64,000 bases of DNA from Kondoa subrosea. Its lineage: Eukaryota. The stretch covers positions 434,001-498,000 of the forward strand of contig BCIN01000003.1 of the NCBI GenBank assembly GCA_039545335.1. The letters are read 5' to 3'. Position numbers and translations under genes: made by a program. Shown here one piece after another: positions 52,455-64,000 of this stretch. Under the pieces are notes generated by a model, which was given only the letters and a program-made list of their open reading frames with translations, made no database searches and was not told where the DNA came from. The first letter of the stretch is position 1. Each line of letters starts with the position of its first letter.

Positions 52455-55400
52455 TTACTTCCATTGCGCTGAAATCCTTTGCTCGAAACACGACTTATGC
52501 AGTACTTCCCCCGATCTTAAAGTCACTATCGGTTGCAGACCACCTCCCACACGTCTCTCCAGTACTTCCGATCGATTATTTTCAGGCCAATCTGGTTCTT
52601 TGCCTTTGAGACTTGCTTTTCTCGTGATTCGAGGTCGAGTTTGAGGAGGTGATAATTTCGCAAAGAGATCCTTGACATCCGGTTGACCACCTTGTTCACC
52701 TTTGCTTGGTTTGATACTGCCGCCCCATAGAGCTCCTTTGCAACCGCTACAATTCGTTTGACTTGGTCGCCAGCCTTTGGCTTTCTTTTTGAACAACTTT
52801 TCTACCTGACAATACAAATCCTGATCCAGAAGTTCTTTAGCCACAGTCAAACTTTGTCCTTCCTGTTTGTAAGTAGTAATCATGCCTTGAATGATTGAGC
52901 GGAATTGAACGAAAGAACCAGTTGAGTTTCGCTCGATCAGTTGGCGCATCAGTCGAGGAAAAGAGACAGTACGCGAGTCTGTAGAAGAGACCAGGGCTGC
53001 CAAAACTTCCTGTATAAGGTTTAGAGTCGTGCTTTCGACATCGCTTCGCCAATTTTCTTTGCGTTCAATGAAAGATGCATTGTCTTCAAATTCTTCTTCA
53101 TCAGAGTTCGTTGTGCAAGAGGTGTTGAGTCGGACAGAAATGGTTTGCGAGACGCCGATGCAGCTTGCGAACAGCTTCAGCCAGAGCGGTTCAACTTGAT
53201 CCGACTGTAGACCTCGAGATCGGCGGACGCATATATCTATCCCTGTCCGAGTCACCGCATTAAGCTGTTCCAAATGTCGATAAATATCGTTTTCGAACTC
53301 GTATTGCTTAGAGCCTTCTTGCGATAGGGCACTGTGTACCAGAAGGTCCGATTGCTGATCGAGGACAGAACTGAGCTTCTCGAAAGCCTGATCAACCTGA
53401 TCGTTCCGATCTAGTGACCAGATTACAGCTTCGTAAGCTTGCTGATGCTCGCAATCTTGAATGATTTGACTATCAATACTTGGACCCAGCTTCTCGAGGT
53501 ATTGAATGACTGCTGGTCTATCAAATTGACACAAGAGCTGGATATACTGCTGCTGTAATTCTGGACTGTCCCGATTGCGATATGACCAAGTCGCACCATC
53601 GGAATAGGTCTGTGGTTCTAGCAGACATCGAAGATAGGCGAATTGACGACCTTTGACCGTTGCAAGAAGTTCGACAGCTCTAGTATGCTGTCGAGGTAGA
53701 AACTTCTCGATAAGCTCCACAGTCCGAAAAAGATTGATCTCGACCAATTGCTGAACGGACGACAACACAACTTCCGAGGTCTCTTGGTTAGGTAGTCCTT
53801 CCTTCCCTGTCGAAGAACTGAGTAGCTGACTGAGGTGCTGAAAAATATCTTCTCCCATATCTGGATCTTTCAAGCATATTCGGGCCAGATTTGCCCATTG
53901 GCCAAGATTACGATATATCGAGCGCAAGACACGATAGAAGCCTGCCTGCTCCAGCGGGGAAAAGAGCTCTTCAATATCGGCTGGAGAATAGACGGAAAGG
54001 AGAAACTCGGATGCCAGTTCTCGATCGGCTTTGGTGCTCAGATCTGGATCCTCTATGAGGCGATCCAGTATCATTTGCGTGGTCTCTTGAGGTAATGCAA
54101 GAAATTGAGGATATTTGGGAAGGTTGCGAGCGACAAAGATATGGATGAAGGTTTGATCACCAGAGGTAAGTTCCGCAGCGGCCTCTTGTGATACTATCAG
54201 CAGAGTATTGATGATCTTTTGCCTCGATAGGGACTTTGTACTTTCTTTGTTTAGGTAAGATTCTTCAAATGCTGAATCTAGGCAATCCAGAGTAGCTTCC
54301 GCATCGAAGCGCAAAAGGAGGCGAAGATAAGGATATTGTGACACTGGTGAATTGTCCGTTTGGAAGGAGAGAATCTTCCCCGTCGATGGAATAGATAAGG
54401 GAGATTTAGCGAATAGAAAACGATAGCATTGCTTTTGCGCTTCGCAGGCGTTTGCTATCGAGAGCTGGTTTTGTTTTGGATACGAGAGGCCAGCCAGAGA
54501 ATGTGAAAGGAAGGTAAAAACCTTGTAGGCATCAGGAACCAGATCTTCCATTGCTAATTCTGCTTCGATGGTCTCTTCATCTACCATCTTACTTCGTGAC
54601 GCTCGACCTGCTTCGACTTTCGATACCATCTCAAGAAGGATAGCCAAAGGACTGATCCAGTCATGCAATGTAAGGGTATAGACGTATAACAACGGATCCC
54701 AGCGCTTGCGATCTGTGCATAGTCTGATGACTTGATTGATATCGAGAGTTTGTGGGTCGACTCGCCAGATGATGTCTTCAATACGAGACATGTTGTTTTC
54801 CGCTTCATGTAGCGCTATCAAGCGTTGAACGATTTGCGCAGGCGGACTAGGAATGGAGGTAGAGAGAAGAGTTGCGCTTACGCGTTGAAGGAATATCGAT
54901 AGAATGCCTTCTTCATCATAGCGTTCGTACAGTTCGTTGTATACTGCGTCGAAAGATCCAGTAGCGGATGAAGCACGAAGACAAGCGTCGACCAATCCTT
55001 CAAATAGAGGCGTCCGATCTACTCCTCGACCTTCAGGATCATCGTGTGTGCCGTCTTGCATTCTTTGAGGTGAGAAGACGTAGACGATGGAAGCTTGAAT
55101 GATTTCTCGCAATTTCGGCTCGACTAATTGATGCCTTGCTGAGTCGTCTGCTGGCAGACCCAAAGTAGTGGCATTCGCTTGACCTTGGTAGTATAAAGTA
55201 GTCAGGTCAATGGCTTCTAGCAAGTTTGACGAATTGACTAGAGCCAATATACGATCAGCCCAAGACAGAGAAGTTGCAACGCGAACATCGGCCAAGGCCT
55301 GCACAGAAGATCAGCTCGATATCACTTAGAGGAGTGAACTTGGCTTACTAGAACGAACATCTTGCTCTTGTAACTTCGTACATTGTATGCCGAAAGCAAA

Positions 55401-57583
55401 GAACCTGCTGAATCTGTACCTTTTTGTGCAGGTTCCAGAAGAGTATCAGGACTGATGACAGTTCGAAGGTCTAAAGGCGCTCTGCCAGTCCTTAAAAGCG
55501 AGACGACGTCCCATAGATCAATATGGGAAACAGTCTGAACAGCCAAAATCTGCTCAAAGTCCATCAATAGCCGCCTCTTTATCGATTCACGACGACTCAC
55601 TCTCTGGCTAAGCCATTGTATCCTGACTATCGATCCTTCAGTAGTCCATCTCGCTTTTTCCGTAAATCCAGGAGCCTTCAAATCTTTACTACCCGAAACC
55701 GTCACTTCAATCAATCGAACCGTTTTATCCCAAGAAAAAGCTAGAATCGGATCACTACTCGTCTTGCCTCCAACTCCCGAGACCTGGTCTAAGTTTGTAC
55801 TAGGAAACCAAGCGCAACTCCCAATAACTTGATCCGCTGTTACTGGTTTAGGATTCGCGACATCTTTGTATAAAGATCTCCACCAAGTTCGAGGTTTCGG
55901 TTTCAGACCTGCTATGATAAGTTTGGAGGAAGTGATTAGTGCTGCCAAAGCGAAAGAGTCAGTTGCGTGAGGTGTTGGACCTAATGGAAGAGGAGCCATA
56001 TCGAAGATGATAGGTTGTTGCTTTGTTTTGACTGAAGAAGTAGGAGCTGTAGCTAGCAATGAAGTATCTTCTAGTACAGGAGCAAGAGAAGGTAAAGTCG
56101 GCGGAGCTTGCTCTTCCGAATCGGGATATCGACCCAGAATCAACAGGATGTCGGTGTTTGCTAGACCTAAGACTTGGCCGAGAGAATGGTAGAAGGCCAG
56201 ACCACGATCATCTGAGGATATTATAGCTGTATGACGAGCTCCAACAAATCCAAGATGTCGAATTTTGGAGCCAATTAGATGACCTTCGACTCGGCCTGTT
56301 TGTATTTGCGCTAGTCTTGTAGGTGGAACAGATCGAGCAGATTTGAGAGGTTGAGCCAGAGCGTAAAGATGGATATAGCCAGTTGCATGACCAACAGCGA
56401 TGAAGGTATGGTCTTGAGATATAGCTAATGCGGTCACTGCTCCAGAGTCTCTGACTGTACATGATACAGAGGCAAAATCAACCTCAAGCTGAATTCACAT
56501 CGTATACACGTACGGATTGCATCATTTCCGCAAACACATTTCAGGGTCTGAGCATAATCAAAGACCATGACCCATCCTTTTGCAGTCCCAATGCATATAA
56601 TACCACTAGCAGCAATTACAGTCGGTTGCCCCAAAGCAGCCACTGGTTGAGCGTTTCTAGGAGGATAAACTTTGCCTGATATTCGTCTTAAAGGAGTCCA
56701 TCGAAAAGAACTGAAGGAGCTAGCTAAAGCTTCTGCTTGATTGACTGAAGAAGGAGCTGAAGAAGTTTTGGGTTCGGTTGAATCGTGCAAGTTATGAATG
56801 TTAGATTGACTGGATTGCCTGGAAAGAGCATCGAATTTCGAAGAAGCTGGTGATCCACCAAGATTACGCAAGTCACCACCAGTTCTAAAGGAATCTATAG
56901 AAGAGACAGAAGGGTAGCGCTGATTTGAGCGCAATCTATGAATTTGAGGATGTATGTGGGCCGGTCTATTGAGGCCTATGCCCAGCGATTGTATGGAATT
57001 GGAAGAAGGAGACCCTGTGATGCCTGGACGAGGAGATGCAGGTTGAGATGATGCTTGAAGAGGTTCATCATTGGAAGGCGTAGAAGCTCGTGAGGTCGTT
57101 TCCTGTAGGAATCAAAAGCAACCTTTATATACTGCAGCAGTATATCGAAGTACTTCAACCTACCCTGAAAACATCCACCTCTGGCCTAATCTTTGCACCG
57201 TTGATTCGAGTGTCAGGCAAATGCACTTGAACTTGCTCGTTCGGTATCTGGTACTCTTCCGCTTTCACTGCTTGACCAAGGATAGCTTCCATTTGCTCAT
57301 CATAGTCCTCTTCCTGAGCGTTCCTTGAGCCATTCGCGAATTCGCTTGAAACAGGTACATCATGCCCAGTATAGCTGAATCCATCTTCTGCTTGCTCTTG
57401 CTCGTCAAAGGAGACAGCTTTGCTCTTTCCTTTACCCTTGCTACTGCTGCCGCTAGGTGTAGGCGTCCCAAGTAATTCAGCTAAAGCGGTATCGTATTCA
57501 TCGCTATTCAGCTTATGCTCAGGATGAGTGCCATTCGTCAGAGGCAAGGTATCGTTCGTCGATGATATCTCAGCATGGCTCAT
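52455..57583 (-). CDS. VPS8: CORVET complex subunit Vps8
   Basis: N-terminal beta-propeller (GIICIGTAKGWVMVFDYAQ, ALAISQDHTFIAVGH, EGHLIGS), SWADRILALV, LDINQVIRLC, clathrin-like helical repeats, C-terminal KGWRP..CSGC...HKSC. Confidence 0.93.
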
Positions 57584-57805
57584 TGCACCATAGCGTTGGG
57601 TATAGAAGAAGCTTCCACTGGTGGATTTCGGTCAACAGGTCTAAGCATTTTCAATGATCTGCTCTGTCCCATACGAGCGTCAGCGTTGTTCTGAGTTCCT
57701 CGTCCCACAACACAACATAACACAACAAGACTTCGCGTATATGCCATTTTACAGAACCATTTACATTGCAGCTTCATATTGTACTTAATGATTCAGCTGA
57801 AAGAT

Positions 57806-59406
57806 CTACCCTTTAAGGACAGCGAATTCAGCTAATGAAAGGACCATGGCGAGCAACTCTTCGCCTGCAGGAACAATCTGATTCGCAGGTAGAAGGAAAC
57901 CGCTAAGGAAGAAGCCATCAACGTCAGTACCGACTGTGTGTGGTAAGACAAGGACTGACTGTAGACCTAAATCTCGTAGTTCAAGGGAGAAAGACCATTT
58001 AATATTCGCGACCTGTACATCTTGTAAGCAGACCACATCTGGCGCTGCGATTATACGTACAGCGTAAGTCCAATCGACACTATCTCCTGCACTAGAATAA
58101 CTGATGTCGCATATCGCTCCAGTCTGTGCGATCAAACCCAAGTCTAAGCTTAGACAAGCTCTAGATCGGAATTCGTACACACCTCATACACTTTACCAGC
58201 TACTGATCTAGCACTCTTCGCTGCTCCTAATGTAGCTTCATAAAGATTTTCCGCATCTTTCGGTATGGTATCACAAGAATGAGCGAATGGGTACTGCAAT
58301 GTCAAGTCACATCTTGAGTATTGATATCACTTATAAGAGCGGTTTGGAGACTAACCATGAGCAATTGACCGAAAGCATGAACATCCAAGAATCCTTTAAT
58401 CGAAGTCGAATTGGATAAGTAATCCCTTAGACCAAGAAGTTCGGTTGCTTCGAAAGCTTTCTTGCCAGGGTAAGAGTCCAAGCATGGATTAGATCTGAAT
58501 GGAGCACGCCACTGATAATCCCTGTTCGTTTTTGGCCAAATTACTGAGCATTCAACGATGCTAGTAGGAATGGCAAACGAACCATTGCCTATTCAAATCA
58601 ATCCCAAAACAACCTTGACCAACTTCTTGTCTTGTTTTCCTCCAAAATCGATCCGTTTCAAACGTGTATTTATACCCATCCACATTCAAAACGGGTATGA
58701 AAGTGAATTCCACCTTTTCCATTAATTTACATAAACTCTTCTCTTCTCCTTCAGTCAGTGAAAGTAATAAGGAATGAATAGTATAGAGTATTGAAGCAGG
58801 TGAGATCCATTCTCTTGCATGAGATCCACCAAGAATAACAAATTCCAATTTATCTTTCGTTGTCGATGAGGAAGAAGTGTAGTCTGATACTTTTATAGCA
58901 TGAATAGGTCTTCCTTGAGCTGAAGTAGAGATTTGAAAGAGTTTAGTGTAAGAAGAGTAATCAGAGGCGAAGAGGGATAAGATGGATTCGATTGAAGCTA
59001 GAGGATGATAGATTGAATGTAAGTCTCCATCCACGTTTGAAGCTTGTTGCTCTTGTATCAGGGAAGAAAGATTGGAGTGCAAGAGTTCGGTAGGTAGAGC
59101 TTGGGAGATTAGATAATCCTGATCCTGCTGTGAGGTCAAGCGAATGATTGAATGCGAAGGTGTGCTTTTCCAAATATCAAGACCATATGACTACATATGT
59201 TATGAGCGAGTAATAAATGAGAGAAGAGAACAGAAGTGCACTTCGAGTGACTGCACAATGGAATCCCGCTTTGTGACGGATTCATGAGAGACGCGGACGA
59301 GCTGATCATCTAGCCATTCGCTGGACAGGAAAGGTATCTGTTCATTACCAGGTATAGCCCAACATAAGCCCAGCCAAGTTAGAAACAGCAAACACCTCAG
59401 AATCAT
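57806..59406 (-). CDS. Secreted zinc carboxypeptidase M14A (Ecm14-like)
   Basis: Signal peptide; GSHAREWISP (HxxE), NVDGY, WRKTR, GIDLNR, FLDVHAFGQ, GDSVDWTY, SLELRD..GFLLP. Confidence 0.92.
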
Positions 59407-59461
59407 CGTTGACCGAGAGCAACGACTCAAATTGGAAAATATCAAGCACTTGGGTAATAAG

Positions 59462-60357
<896 letters not shown>

Positions 60358-61010
60358 GTGTCACCTTTTGGAAGTTTTATCCAGCTTTTAGGAAAGTCTG
60401 GCCTTGTATATGGAAAGATTTGGAAATGCCTCGTACGTGCTCAGGTAGTCGCTCTTGGCATATCGGCTAAAGTTTATAGCTTTTTCGTAGTGATCTAATC
60501 TTCCTCTTCTCTGACTCATCAGTCTGCAAGAAATAATAAGGCGATTCCCAGTCTGATCATACCGGCGATCCTACGAATATCGGTACCGTCCATGCCGATA
60601 CGTTGAGCAAGAGCTGGTCTCAAGCTAAAGGATAGCTCTAATGAGTTCTCGTGTCCGGTGCGACAGCGGTGATTGAGATCTTGCGCCAACATATTCATGC
60701 TTGTCGATTGAATGTAGGCTCATACATGTAACCTCATGCAACACCGATCTCGAGCGTTTGGCTTCGAACGGTCGACTTTGTTGTCATAATCTGATAATTG
60801 GGTCTTTTCACGAAAACCATACCTCGCACAGTACCGATCGCTCGTTAGCACAGATCTATACCCACCTTCAGATACTATACCCTTACCTAATCCACCAACA
60901 AGCGCGAATACTTGCTTTCTCGCTTTCTCGAGTCTCGAGGGCTAGACTTGTTCTCTTGTTCTCCCAAGCTGGCATATGTACTCTTGCTCTATTAGCGCCG
61001 CGCAATTATC

Positions 61011-62512
61011 ATGCAGACTCCCTCTGAACGAGATCCAATGCGGTCCTATCGAGCTAAACGAGATGCCTTACGACCTTCAGTCTTGACGAAATATGGTATT
61101 CTTGGGTTTCTGGCTTCAGGTACTTATGGACGAGTCTACAAAGCTAGAGTCAAAGACGAGAATGGAGAGAATGTGGAAGGAGAAGTAGTTGCGATCAAGA
61201 AGTTCAAACCGGACAAGGAAGGGGAAGTGGTTGCTTATACTGGAATCTCGCAGAGTGCTTGTCGTGAGATTATGGTATATAGTGAGTCTAGTGCGGGAGT
61301 ATTGGGCTGATTTGAAGGTGTTAGATCAATCGAGAACTGTTGCATGTCAATCTTGCAGCGCTAAGGGAAGTTATGCTTGAAGATAAATCCATCTACATGA
61401 TCTTCGAGTATGCCGAACATGATTTTCTCGTTCGTCTTCCTTCTCTTCACCTTTTATCTTGTGCTCAATTTTGATTGTAGCAAATCATCCATCATCATTC
61501 AACAAACCGATCAGCTATAACTCTACCAGTTCTGAAATCCATGCTTTATCAACTTCTGAACGGTATTTCCTACTTACACGATAATTGGGTTATGCATCGA
61601 GATCTCAAACCAGCAAACATTCTCGTTACCGATACTGGAGTCGTCAAGATTGGGGATCTTGGTTTAGCTCGAATCTATGCTGCACCTCTACAATCCCTCT
61701 ATACGTCAGATAAAGTGGTCGTTACTATCTGGTACAGACCGCCTGATCTTTTGTTGGGTGCAAGACATTATACTGCTAGCGTTGACTTATGGAGTACGGG
61801 TTGTATATTTGGCGAATTGATTGCCTTGAGACCAATGTTCAAGGTCGGTTTGTATTCATGGACGAAGACAGAGAGCTCAGTAAACGTTCTGCAGGGCGAG
61901 GAAGCAAAGATGGAAGCTCCAACTGCTTCTAACACTGGACCCAAGAAAAGCAGTGTTCCCTTTCAGCGAGATCAGTTGCAGAGGGTCTTTGAAGTTCTTG
62001 GTACACCTACAAGTAAGTTCAATCTCTTGATTATATTGATTGAGGCTGACGTATAATAGAAAAAGCATGGCCTGCTATTGTACAATTACCCGAGTATTCT
62101 CGTATGCAGGAATTTGGCAGGTGTGTCCTACTCTATTGCCTCATCAGCATCATCTAAAGCTATATTCGTCTACAGCTACGTCAATGATCTACACAAATGG
62201 TATTCTGCTCGTGCACCTCGAGGGGCTTCTCAGTCCGGCTTCGAACTCATCTCCAGTCTTCTTACATACGATTGCACTAAACGTATCACAGCAAGAGAAG
62301 CACTCAAACATAAATGGTGGACTGAAGAACCTAAAGTCGCTGACGCGGTTTTCCCTCTCAATACTTATCCTGCTCGAAGGGTTTCAATGGACGATAGCGA
62401 TCCTGCTTTAAAAGCTGCCGCGGCTATGGAAGCAAAGAGCAGTAAAGTCAATACTGTTGGTTCTGCGATGTCTGGAAGCGGAAGACCAGCGAAACGATCG
62501 AGAATGGAGTAG
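61011..62512 (+). CDS. SSN3: Cyclin-dependent kinase 8 (Srb10/Ssn3)
   Basis: [89 protein letters not shown]. Confidence 0.96.
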
Positions 62513-62904
62513 AAGAATGCAATTGAGCAGATACTTTGTATATCGGTTGCCTTCAATTGGCGCAAAGGTACTACTTGTCTCATTTGTCCAATGTTTCTGA
62601 CCTTCTATCAGTTCAGGAGCGTCCTTCAGTGCACTCGTTCAAGATGGCACAACATCAAACGTGAAAGGGCGGACTGATCGATGTGAGCTTGCAGCTTGGC
62701 TCTTGGCTGTCGACTAATTTATAGCAGATCACCATGTTTCAGTATGGCCCCAGATGGCGGCAATCTCGGGCGGAAGTCGACACACGAGCAGCAACGAGGC
62801 ACGCTTCGAAATTGTGTTTGAGAATAACGGTCTGGAGTATAATACATTGTTATTGTACAACTAGAAGCATTCGCAAAAAGCACAGCCTGATGCCGCATTC
62901 CAGC

Positions 62905-64000
62905 TCAATCTGAATCGATTCCTCTCTGTAACTCGTCAAACTCCTCCGCCTCTGCTGGATCCATCCAGTCGGTGAATCGCATGTCTTCTTCATAAGTACC
63001 TTCTCGTGCATTGCGCTATATCGCATGTCAATATGAGCAATAGCGCCGAGGTAGCCTTGAACTCACCAGAGCGCGAACCGCTGCTTCACCTTCTGTACGG
63101 TCTCCATTTCTGTATGATTCGAGCAGTCGCATCATGTTATAATCAGCTATTATAGCTGCATCGTCATCTTCATCAGGAGGACCGAAGTCTGGGGCTTCGA
63201 AATCATCTTCGTCTTCCCATTCCTATATTGTCGATCAGAACAGACAGTTCAACATTGCAAAGACAGCCTACATCTTCTTCGTCTTCGTCTTCGTCGTCAG
63301 ACATGCCCTCGACCATCAAATCACGCTCTAAATCTCCCCAAGTATCATAGCGGCCTTGCCTGTGTGCAAGGAATGAGGATTGCAAAGACACGAACCGAAA
63401 TGTTGCACTTACACCATCCGGCGCAATATTGTTTCCAAAGCATGTTCGCTATCCCACTCAGCTCTCATCCTTCTCCTTTCCCTCCTTTGCCTACTCTGAG
63501 CCAAAGACTCTTGATGCGTGTGATCGAATTCGATCTTCTCGCCCGTTGATGGATCTAGATGGGAGTAGAAGCAGGTCTTGCCAAATGGACAGTATCTTCG
63601 CTCTTCGGGAGAATCATTGATCCATTTGCATGGAATCGTAGAGAGTTTCTGCTTGTACAAGCCTTCTGCAATATTCTTTTCGTCTCCTTCAAGGAAGTTT
63701 CTGTGCTCACATTTAGTCTATTGATGAAAGTAAGGAGAGAAAAGATTTACTTTGAAGGTAAGATGAAAGAAGAGTAGGCGCGACAGTTTGGGCATTGGTA
63801 CAAGACGCCCGATTCAATTTGTCCTTCGCTTTTACCTGCTGCACTTCGCCAAGATCGAATGCAAGTCAAGCAGAAGACGTGAGAGCAGTTCTCCAGTAGT
63901 CCATAACGAGTCGGCGGCTCCAGACAGACTGAGCACAGATGTTCTTGTTCCTCCGTTGCATGGTCGTCCGCTTGCTCAAGTTCATTACTCGTAGACGGTT
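62905..64000 (-). CDS. Makorin-like RING/CCCH zinc-finger E3 ligase (5' part outside window)
   Basis: RING tail CPNCRAYSSFIF; YKQKLSTIPCKW....CPFGKTCFYSH CCCH finger; acidic C-terminus. Confidence 0.8.

Overview
This is a gene-dense, intron-rich eukaryotic window from a fungus: introns are mostly 43-60 nt and several intergenic gaps are under 100 bp. It is most likely a basidiomycete, probably Pucciniomycotina, inferred from intron style and gene families. About 30 protein-coding genes were assembled by hand, so exon boundaries are approximate. Housekeeping genes include a CorA-type Mg transporter, eIF4E, MED5, ESF1, PIG-U/GAB1, eIF3k, a complex I accessory subunit, CBR1, BET5, cysteine synthase, BRX1, VPS8, TAD2, CDK8 and a makorin-like E3. 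Secreted or surface genes include a GT25 glycosyltransferase, a chitin deacetylase, a fasciclin, a cutinase and an M14 carboxypeptidase. I recognised no rRNA, tRNA, CRISPR array or intact transposon. Five things stand out. (1) A tandem pair of large genes (21.4-28.0 kb) carry Mutator/FAR1/WRKY-like Zn fingers and a C-terminal helical SAM-like domain but no DDE core, which suggests a domesticated transposon-derived regulator family. (2) Single in-frame TAG codons sit inside otherwise open lineage-specific genes. (3) Two oversized introns hold candidate ncRNAs: a long hairpin in PIG-U and a box C/D layout in eIF3k. (4) The chitin deacetylase has a TM helix and cytosolic tail. (5) Several genes are very tightly packed or overlap. 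No database searches were run.
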